DNA from: Atractiella rhizophila
Taxonomy: Eukaryota
NCBI GenBank assembly: GCA_021432655.1
Contig: MU271369.1
Coordinates: 25,495 to 80,047, forward strand
Direction: 5' to 3'
Length of the DNA: 54,553 bases
Part shown: piece after piece, positions 24,503-35,034 of the stretch
Layout of the letters: each line of letters begins with the position of its first letter
Numbering within the stretch: the first letter of the stretch is position 1
Notes under the pieces: model-generated
The model's database searches: none
What the model was told of the DNA's origin: nothing
The model's input: the letters and a program-made list of their open reading frames with translations, nothing else
Position numbers and translations under genes: made by a program

Positions 24503-26934
24503 ATGACCAATGCGAACAATTCCAGGGCAGTTACAGCCTTTTTGAACAAGCTGTACAGGTGATTCCCTTCTTCCCTTCCCGCGTACGAACCTGCTCAACT
24601 CCTCACTTTACAGTATGGTTGGGGACCCAGCGACAGACGCCATAATTCGTTGGAGCGCCAATGGGGACTCATTTATTGGTTTGTTTCTTTTTCACCTGCT
24701 GTCCATATATGATGACATCGGACACCATACAAGTCCGCCAACAAGAGCGATTACGAGTAGAAGTACTTCCCAACTTCTTCAAACACGCCAAACTAGAATC
24801 CTTCGTCCGCCAACTCAATATGTACGGATTCAAGAAGGTCCCACAGCTGCAACATGGGTATCCGCGCCGTGGAGAGGAGGACGATGAAGCCTGTACAGTC
24901 GCTCTTCTCCCAGTTTCACCTGGTGTCACTTACCCCCTCCTTTCTTTCGCCTTCGCGTTCTAGTGGAATACTCGAATCCGTTCTTTCAAAGGGACCATCC
25001 CGAACTCCTGTCCAAGATTGAACGAAAACGAGCCCCAGAAAATCCCATCCATACCAACACCGTCACCTCGAGCGCGGCGAACTCAGCCGGGACAAAACCA
25101 GTCCCATCGTCACTCTCTCGCCAACTTTCCGACCCGAAACTTGGGCGAACTTCACTCTCGCCTTCTGCTCCTGCCTTCGGTTCTGACAGACTAGCGCTCA
25201 CACACGTTCCCAGTCTCCTGTCCGAGCTAGCGGCTATCAGAAAGCAGCAACTTAACATCTCGGCAGAGCTGAAGGAGTTGAAGAGCTCTAGTCAAGGGTT
25301 ATGGCAGGAGGCTATTTCTTCCAGAGACAGACATAAGAGACAGAACGAGACCATCAACAAAATACTCAAGTTCTTGGCTACAGTTTTTGGAGGAGCCATC
25401 AACGCCGGAGGGGCTTCTCCGGTAAACGCACCTGCTTCTCTTGCAACGCCTACAACAGTCAACGAGTCTGTGTATCATTTTGATGGAGACATTGAGCATG
25501 GGATGGATGGTCACCACGATGGGGAAAAGAATCCGCGTCGCGCAACCGGCCTGAACAAGCATGGCAGACGAGTTCTACTCCTGGAAGGAGGCAAGACAAC
25601 AGCTTCGGATGGTACAGCTACTTCCCTCACCGATCCTAAACCTTTAGTGGAATCCCCTTCGACAACAAATGGTGACACACCGACTGGACAAATATTTCAG
25701 GTTCACGATGACGAAGAAATACCTGTCCTTTCTGCAGGTATGTGTCTGGCGGTTTCTTGCTCGGCAACTTGACATCGCTGATCAGTCTGCGAGTTTAGAA
25801 ACGAGTCAACCTCAAAATACGTTTTCGCATACAGCTCCCGCCGATGACGACCTCTTCTCGTTTGGGCAGTCCACATCCTCTTTTAAATCAGGTAACAAAG
25901 GTACGGTAGCGCGTCGCTTCACGAATCTCGATGCGACGGGATCTCATCCTATCGTCAACACCTCAACTTCGTCCGGTTCATTGCAGAACAACGAATTCTC
26001 CCTCCCTCCCAATTTCTTTTCGCAGCAAAACACGAACTGGGATTCCAATTTCATCCAGTCTCTAATGAACAGCCTCAACCCTCAGGAGGAATCATCCCAA
26101 GTGCCTTCACAGCAAATTTATCCAGTTCAAGACTCGCAGGCCCCAACAAATGATCTTTCTATGTTCCTCTCTGACAACCCTTCGGATTACGCCTCTCCCA
26201 ACCCTGAATCAGGTAATGTCGAAGTGGGCACTTCTGCCTCTGCCGCCGCCGCTCCGACGTCCAAAATGGATCTCCTGCCTCGTTCCTCCTTTTCCTTCCG
26301 TCCAAATCAACCCTTCTCCTTTCTGCATAACGAAGTTCCCACAAATAAGGCACCTGCTGCAGCACCCGCAGCATCTACTTCCTTGTCACCCAGTCCAGTG
26401 AACAAAATCCTACGCGACACGGCAGGACTAGAATCGCAAGTCGACAGCGTGCAAGACCAGATAGATAAATTAGTTGAAAATCTTCCTATCGATTGGGGCA
26501 ATAGTTCAACTTCTGCGTTTGGGAATGGGATGAACGACATACCCGCACAGGAGAACGCAGATTTCGATCTTGACGCGTTTCTACAGACTTTGCGTACGTG
26601 CTTTTGGATCACTTCCTTGGAAATGTTAGGCTAACTCGATCTTCAGAGGGACAAAATAACATGTTCGTTTGCTTCGCCTTCAGTAAGGAGAATAACTAAT
26701 GCTAATCCTAGAATGAGTAGGGACTGGCTCGGCAACTCGTGGGGAAACGACATCCTCAACGGACCTCAAGACGAACTGCACGAACTGAACGAGTTCGACC
26801 AGTTGGAGGACAATCAGCATTGGATCGAAGATCCCAGCGCGAGCGCCAGCAAAAAGAGGAAGATGAGCTCCGGAGCGTATGAGTCGGAGGGCATCCCAAA
26901 ACATAAACCTAGGCTCGAAGTTGTCGATGACTAA
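24503..26934 (+). CDS. HSF1: Heat-shock transcription factor (multi-exon)
   Basis: AFLNKLY|SMVGDP..IIRWS..GDSFI, VLPNFFKHAKLESFVRQLNMYGFKKV and EYSNPFFQRDHPELLSKIERKR form the HSF DNA-binding domain. HR-A/B coiled coil LAAIRKQQLNISAELKEL..LWQEA..INKILKFLATVF. Confidence 0.92.
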
Positions 26935-27131
26935 GTGAAACACGTCTCGATCTTTCGGTATTCTTCTCGTCATATTTTTCACTTGGTTAGACCCAGCTTC
27001 GAATTATCTGAAGATTCACCTCTGTAATAATAGTCGTCAAAGAATGAAATATTGTACGGTCTGTTCAATGTTGCATATTAACTCTGGAGTGCGACACAGA
27101 CTCATTTTTTTGTCACCGTGCAGGCTCTATG

Positions 27132-28352
27132 TTACATTTTTGCAGAATCGTACTTGTAAAATCCTTCCCCTGACTTCTTGCCGAGTTTCCCCTCTTTAAG
27201 CATCTGCGTCATCCATTACTTCAGCAACGGCAAGAAAACTTGCATGGTACGTACTTGTTTCAGAAGAGGAACAGGCTCTACAAAGGCGACCCCGATCTCT
27301 CCTCGTCGTGTTTCTGCCCAATTTGACGCGATGTAGTCCACTGTATCAAGTCCTATCAAATCGGCGAGAGCCAATGGACCCATTGGGTACCTATCGAGGT
27401 AATTAGCAGCAGTCGGCTGAACAGGAATAATATCTGACCCAGCACCAAGGCGCATCGCAATGTCGATGTCTTTTGCCGTCGCATCACCCCTCTCAACCAT
27501 GCGCATCGCTTCCAGAAGGTACGGGATGAGGAGCCGATTGACTATGAATCTGACATTCCATATTCCAACTCTTCGTTAAAAGAATCACCAAAGCAGAGAA
27601 TGGATTCTCACCCTGGCGAATCAGTGCAAGTTACAGCCGTCTTATCCAGTCGTGAGCAAAGGGCAAGCAAAGTTTCGGTTACTTCTGGATCGGTCTGGGA
27701 CGTTGATATGCATTCTACGAGCTTCATCTGAGGCACCGGGTTAACTAGATCAGCGTTAGTTTTATCCACGCCAAAGAAAGAGACATACAGAAGTGTAGGC
27801 CGGCAAAGTTCCTCCTCCTCTCTGAAGGGAGGACGTCGGCCATTTCTTCTATACTGAGGCTACTAGTATTGGAAACGAGGATGACGTCGTTGGAACAAGC
27901 TTGGTTGAGTTTAGTGAACAACTGTCGCTTCGTCTCCATATTCTCCACCACGGCTTCAAGCACCAGGTCGACATTCCAAAGCTCCTCATTTCCTTGATTC
28001 ACAAAGTTGATATTGGAAAGCGTGTCGCTAATAAATTTCTTTTGGTCAGCTTCGGAGTCGGTGTGCTTCTTGCGAGCAGTGCGAGAGAGGGAGTCGTTGA
28101 TTAATGAACGAGAGTTCTCCAGCGCTTGTTGGGAAATATCTGACAGGTTCACCTACTTCTCTATCAGCTTCTCTTGCTGTATTTAACAGAACATCCGACT
28201 TTAATACAACTCTGTGCTATCACTTGACATATTCCGGACCCCATTAGGCCTCTATGAAGGATATATGGTCAGCTTGAAGTTGGGGGCACATCACTCATGT
28301 GTCATGCTTACCCTCCAATTACAGTTACTCTTTCAATATTACGAGGAGCCAT
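27132..28352 (-). CDS. HADH: 3-hydroxyacyl-CoA dehydrogenase (multi-exon)
   Basis: VTVIGG|GLMGSG Rossmann motif, [74 protein letters not shown]. Ends ...SAKM*, a possible PTS1-like tail. Confidence 0.93.
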
Positions 28353-28588
28353 GAGTCGAGCTGAGCTGTGGATTGCTCTCCGAAGTAACATGTTATGGTT
28401 CTGTCTCACAAAACAAAGCTTCGCGCAGCGAATGGTATCTGGTGCACTTTAGGTTATTCCAAAGGGTTTTCTCGCAGCAAAATGGCCGGAAATATGGTGT
28501 AGCTGTACGTTGCCCGTGTACGCGCTTTCGAGAAAGGAAGTCAACTTCAACAAAGGATCCTTAAGCATACAGAACACCCACCAAAGCC

Positions 28589-31500
28589 ATGAGCCAGGCC
28601 GCAACTGCCCTTCCTCCCGCAAACGGCACGTTTTCGCATTGCATCCTTGTCCCTACTTCGAACTGATGACTTGTCTCCAGACCTTCCAGCGACATGGCGG
28701 TTCCTTGTAGAGGGAATAGACCACATCATGACGCGGTTGGAGGAGGGAATGAGCTATGATAAATATATGCAACTCTACACGTGAGTTTCCATGCATTTCC
28801 AGGCTTTTCTTCGACTTAGATAAGCTGAGCTCACGCGATGCGGCACAGGGTGTCATATAACTACTGTACAAGCTCGAGGATGAATCAGGGGAGCATCAAC
28901 GAACCACTGGGCCTATCTCATGCTGCTAGAAGTGAGTCTTCTCTTCAACGTTGATTCTTGGGTGCCGTACTGGCAGACGAGAGCAATCGCATCCCTTCCA
29001 TCCTCTGATGCTTGGAGAACGGCTTCTGATTGGCTGTGGGCGAGCAGGTGGCGCAAATCTAATGGGAGCGGACCTGTACGAGAAGGTCGATAACTACTTT
29101 GTCACCCATCTATCACAGGTTCGACATCAGACTGAAGATCTGGTTGACGAACCCCTACTCCAATTTTACACCAAGGAATGGCAGCGGTACACTACAGGGG
29201 CCAACTACGTCAATCGTCTCCTCGCTTACCTCAATCGTCACTGGGTCAAGAGAGAGAAAGATGAGGGAAGGAGGAATGTCTATAACGTTTATACGGTCCG
29301 TCTTCCACTTGTCAGCAGGGTACAGTGTTTCGTAACGCGTTGGATGTCGGGCAGTTGGCATTGGTCAAATGGAAGGAATGTCTCTTCAGACATGTCCAAC
29401 AGAGTTCGAAACTTACAAAGGCGATTCTTAAACTGATTGAGAAGCAACGTAACGGCGAAGTCATCGAGACGAAGCTAATCGAGAAGGTTATCGATTCTCT
29501 GGGCAAGTCTTCCTCTTCCTACATAGCAATGCTTCTAATGTAGACGCTCAATGCAGTTGCGTTGGGTTTGGACGAAACCGACACGAACCGTCAGAATCTC
29601 GAGACGTATCGAGATGGATTTGAGAAGCCATTTATCCATGAGACAGAGGTCTACTACAGGAATGAATCGGAGAATTTCATCTCTTCTCCGGGGAATACGA
29701 TTACGGATTACATGATCAAGGCAGAAACAAGGCTCAAAGAGGAAGAGGATCGTGTCGACAAGTACCTGCACAACTCAACACGGAAGAGCGTTCGTCAACC
29801 CCTTGTATTGTTCGCTGTAAATAGCTCGCTCACTCACATTGCAGCTGGTCACGACCTGCGAGACGGCGTTAGTCAAGAATCATGCTACCAAGATGCAAGA
29901 AGTCTTCCAGGAGCTTCTCAATCAAGAGAAGGAGGCAGACCTCAACCGAATGTACAACCTTCTCAATCGCATCCCTGAAGGTCTCAATCCACTACGAGAA
30001 ATCTTTGAGACTCATGTCAAGAAAGCCGGACTGGACAATGTTGAGAAGATTTCAGCGGCGGGAGCAGAAGTTGAACCAAAAGCATATGTTGATGCGCTCC
30101 TTGAAATCCACAGCCGCAACCATCAGCTGTGGCAGAATGCATTTAAAGCCGAACCTGGATTCGGTGGGTCGCTGGATAAGGCTTGTAGGGAGTTTGTGAA
30201 CAGGAACACGTGCACGGGCAGCAATTCGTCGAAGAGCCCTGAGTTACTTGCTAAGTATGCGGATGGATTGCTGAGGAAGAGCAATAAGGCTGGAGAAGAG
30301 GCGGACCTGGAAGGCGCTCTCGTTAATACGGTTCGCTATTTTCCCCTACATATGGGAACAACGAGCCAATAAATTGGGTGCAGATGACAGTATTCAAGTA
30401 CATCGAGGACAAGGACGTCTTCCAGAAGTTTTACTCCAAGATGTTGGCAAAGAGACTGATCCACTTCGCGAGTGCCTCCGATGATGCGGAGTCCAACATG
30501 ATTTCCAAACTCAAGGACGCGTGCGGTTTCGAGTACACCACCAAACTCCAGAGGATGTTCCAAGGTTTGTCACGACCCCATGTCGAAGTTAGGCCTGATG
30601 AGTTCGCAGACATGTCGCTCTGCAAGGATCTCAACGATAACTTCAAGGAGAAGATGTCGCAGACTCACGAGGCTAGCGATCTTAGTGGTAACGTCCCTAT
30701 TTCGACAATAGATGCACAGGAATGACAGTTATTTTAGTCGATTTCCACGTTCTCGTACTTGGAACATCTGCGTGGCCTCTCCAGGCTCCCACAACAGAGA
30801 TGGATATCCCACGAGAGCTGCAAAAGACTCATTCTCGCTTTGTGAACTACTACCAGAATAAGCACAGGTGGGCTCTTCTCCATTCGAATGTAATGCAATC
30901 ACTGACCACATATAGTCGACGGAAACTGACATGGCTCTGGCAACTCTCGCGAAATGAACTTCGAACGCTTTACACCAAGGGCCAAAAGTACACGTTCATG
31001 ACTTCCAACTTCCAGGCTTGCGTCCTTCTTCAATTCAACGGAGAGAGTGACAATCTTTCTTACGAGGACATCAAGAATGGAACGAAAATGTCAGACGAAA
31101 CCCTCAGACCTCTCTTACAGCTTTTCTTGAAGCAAAAGGTTCTTGAGTTGAAGGACGACCAGTATGAGCTAAACTTTGGTACATCTCCATGCCAGGAAGG
31201 CCGAAGATGCTGAATGTTAATTACAGGCTTCAAGAGTAAGAAGGTCAGAGTACCACTCAACGCGCCAGTCAAAACGGATCAGAAGGCGGATACGGTTGAT
31301 GTTATGAAGACTGTGGATGAAGATCGAAAGTTGTTGATTCAAGCCGTCATCGTCCGAATCATGAAGTCTCGAAAGGCAAACCTCCCTTTCTCCACTAAAC
31401 GGCCATACTGACACCCTGATGTTAGACGATGAAACACCAAGCTCTTGTCTCTGAGACAGTTACTCAACTGGCCTCTCGCTTCAACCCCAAGGTTGCAGAC

Positions 31501-31640
31501 ATCAAGAAGGCCATTGATACACTGATGGATAAAGAGTATATCGAGCGAGTGGAGGGATCCCGAGACACTTTTGCCTACTTGGCTGTACGTCTTTAGCTCT
31601 CACTGATCACTCCGTGCTGATACTGTGATGGTTCCAGTGA
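28589..31640 (+). CDS. CUL1: Cullin-1 (Cdc53), SCF scaffold (many exons)
   Basis: [87 protein letters not shown], and the neddylation site [11 protein letters not shown]. Ends FAYLA. Confidence 0.96.
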
Positions 31641-32110
31641 TTCAATCTGTTCAACCGCATTCTTTCAGTCCCTTGTCGATGCATTCTGTACCATATAGTC
31701 ACAAAATCCTAAAGCCAAAGGGTTAACCAGAAGTCAGTCGTTTATCTGACCAATTACATTAGATGCAACGTGTCGATCATCATGAAATAATGGTGGAATG
31801 GCAAAAAAGGGCACATTTGGGATGTCAGACTAGATAAGAAATGGTAGTACGATCAGATTACAACTCAACACCCACGAGCAACGATATTACAAACATCAGG
31901 TTATGCTACGAGCAACATCGATGCTGTACAAACCATTGGCGACTTGCGACTGCAGACGTTCGACAACACAGAGAGAAGACAAAAGGAAACAAGAAAATTT
32001 AGTGAAGTCACACGACAAGATTGAAAACAAAACAAAAATGTATATTTATATTGAAAACACCAAGATCTCCAAACTCTCAACTCAAATGATCAACGTTAGA
32101 CCGAACAATG

Positions 32111-34594
32111 TCATATCAAACCATGATCCCTTCCGGACCTCAAGTTAGCCTTTGCACCTTTACTCGTTCGAGCAGACGCTTGTCTGTCTAGGCGATCCGC
32201 CTTCTTCTTCAATTCCATGCTCTTCTTGCTCAGTTCTTGACTCTTCCTCCTCAACTCCAAACTCTTCCTCTTTAACGAATCGCAGTAGTCGTCATCCGGA
32301 TCCACGGTACCCATTTTTGCTTTTCCTTGAGCATCAAAAGGGAGAGGAGGAGTGGATGTTGGTGATTGCCTGCGAAACCTATTAGACCATTGAGAGGCCG
32401 AGGAATGCAAGGACGATGAGCGCTTTCGTCGGTCCGACATCACTTTGGAGAATGAGAACGACTGGGAGTAACGTTTCCAAGAGCTTCGTAAGCCTGACGG
32501 TGAAGGTGAAGGTGAAGGTGGGTCTTCCTCTTCTGAAGACGCGTAGAAATCCGGAAACATTGGGGGTGGAGGTGGAGGCGGGAATGGAATGGATGATTGT
32601 TCCGTCATCTTCTCCTTCGGACGGGGTGGAGAAGGGGAGAGTCCTGGTGGCGGGAGCAGTTTAACTTCAACCTTCGCCTTAGTCGAAGACGATGTCCCTT
32701 CGGAGGGAATGTATTGGATACCCAATCCACGATTGTCATCTACCAGCGTAGCCTCCGTCCCAACGGAAGTATCGTTGCTGGTCCACTTCTCCAAATCCGG
32801 CGAGTTGGCAGTCGGGCCTTTGTCCAAGAGTGCCTTGAATGCTTCAAAGGATGGATCGAAACGAAACGAGGGGAGACTCGGAATGGTTTCGCCCGCAATG
32901 GTGTTGCTCCTCTTCCTGACGGACTTCTCCCTTTCGAGTTCCAACGCCAAATTTTCTTCGGCCTGGGTGTAAACGGAAGGAGTTGTGAGAATGCTGGCGA
33001 TGGAGATGCGGGATGGGAGAGTGGCGATCGTGGACATTCTCCTTTTCAGGCTGCGGATCGTTCCTCGACTCGCGCGCTTCTCCACCACTGGAGACACCGC
33101 AGGAGAAACTCTCTCCAATCCTCCTCCTTCCGTTCTGCGCACCCCCTTCTCGTACATGCTCCCTCTCGCTCCTCCTCCAACACCGTTGTCTCCTCTTTCT
33201 CGTCTCGCCACCTCTTGGACGAAAGTTCTCGCCCACTCTCGCCAATTCTGTTCGTCTATAAAGTCAATGGGGAAAGCATTCCTGTCCTCGGGCGAAAGTA
33301 GTTTCTGGATCCTTGGAAGTTTCTCGACGACGTATTCAACGGAGATGGATGTGACGAGTTCAAGGTCTTGAAATATTGAACGATGGGTGAGCCAGAATTG
33401 GTGAAGCTTGTCTTGCCTCTTCCAAAAATCGTTCCAATTGCTGAACAACTGTTCCAGCTTTCAGTATATGACAAAATGGGATTGAGGAGGGTAACAAACC
33501 TTGTGGTCAAACGTTTCAGACCACCGCTCCTCGATACTCCCAGGCTCCACAGCTCTCAACCTTGGTTTCCTCACTCCATTCTCCCCCCAATTCTCTGATC
33601 GAATCCAATGATCAAATACTCCAATCAGGTCCCTCCAGCACATTGTCATCTCACTGGTCTTCCGACTGCCCGTGATGTTGTAGACATCGATTCCTGATTT
33701 CTTCTGCTTCTTGTGACTCGCCTCGTACCAAGCCAGCAGGATGCAGGCATTCACTACCCAATCCACGGGAACGACGGTCGCGAGAGAGTTTGCGGCTGCA
33801 GGGAGGGAGCGGACGATCCCTCTTCCAGCTGCGAGAACGGGAGTGACTAGTCCAGGCGCACCGTGGACGAAGCCTGGATAAGGAGTGGCTACGGAGGGAC
33901 TGATAATTGAAGGTCGAAGAATGGACAAGGGCAGATTTGGAAATTCTTGGGCAAGGTACACTTCGGTAAGAGATTGGTAGTAAGAGAACGGGTTGATGTG
34001 ATCTCCTAGTACCTTCTTCCGTTCTTCATCGCTTAGAGCCTCTAAAGCGAGACCATTCAAAGCTCTGAGCTTATCTACCGCTCGTTCACCGCTGCTATCC
34101 ACGAGTTCCTCCTCCACCCATTCACCACTAGTTGGAGAAGGTGTTTGGGAGAAGCAACTGCCGACCCATACTACTGCTTGAAGGCGATTAAAACTGGCGA
34201 GGAGAGGAGCGAGACCAATCTGCCCCGTAAGGGCAAAGACGATTTGAACCGAAGAGGAGAGTTGAGAACGCATGAGGGAAGTCATGTGTGGATCGGGAAC
34301 CGTAAGGGAGGACTGTATGAGGTGCACCTTCATGCTGGAGGTTTTGGGAATGGTAGGGATGACTGGGGAAGGTGTTGACGGTGCGTAATGAAGGTACAGG
34401 GTTGAAATACGGGGAAACTTGTTGACGAGGGTGTGGACCATGACCTCCAATCCCAGCCATTACTTCTTGACCTTTTAGAATTACAAGAGACCACTCACCT
34501 GTCCTAGGAACCCTGAAGCACCTGTGACGAAGACAGTTTTCCCATCAAACGCGTCGGAAACGCGACCTGTTCTCCTTGCTGAATCGTAGGTCAT
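32111..34594 (-). CDS. Fatty acyl-CoA reductase-like protein (NAD_binding_4 + Sterile-like domain) with a long low-complexity C-terminal tail; probably catalytically degenerate
   Basis: FDGKTVFVTGASGFLGQ, LPLSILRPSIISPS..PYPGFV, VVPVDWVVNACILLAW, VYNITGS, FPIDF...NWREW. At least 3 exons. Confidence 0.75.
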
Positions 34595-35034
34595 ATTTGC
34601 TAGTTGGAAGGGGAATAAAGCAAGCGAATGAGGAAGTTGCAAGAGACAGTAGTGAACGTTGTCAAGGTTTAAGTGAGAGTCATCGGAGACACCAAAACGA
34701 AGGGAACTTGGTAAAAGAGTAAACGAGCTGAGTATGGGAAAGGGGGAGCGGGAAGCTATTTACCCCGCAAAGCGAATCGTGGCGAACTTTGAAAGACCGG
34801 CAGATATGGTAGCCTAGTCCCACCGAAGTCCTTTGGACGGTTCAATTTTGCCCAAATCCACTAATCCACCAAAGTCGAGTGGACCCTCAGTCCAAAAGAC
34901 ACCCAAGTTGCTCGAGAAATTGGAGGAAGGATACTTGGTGACTTCGATCAGCCTCATCCCCACGTGTCGGCAACCTTCCGAAAATGGCAGGTCAGATTGC
35001 TCCTCACTCCCAATAACCATCTCGTAACCAAAGA

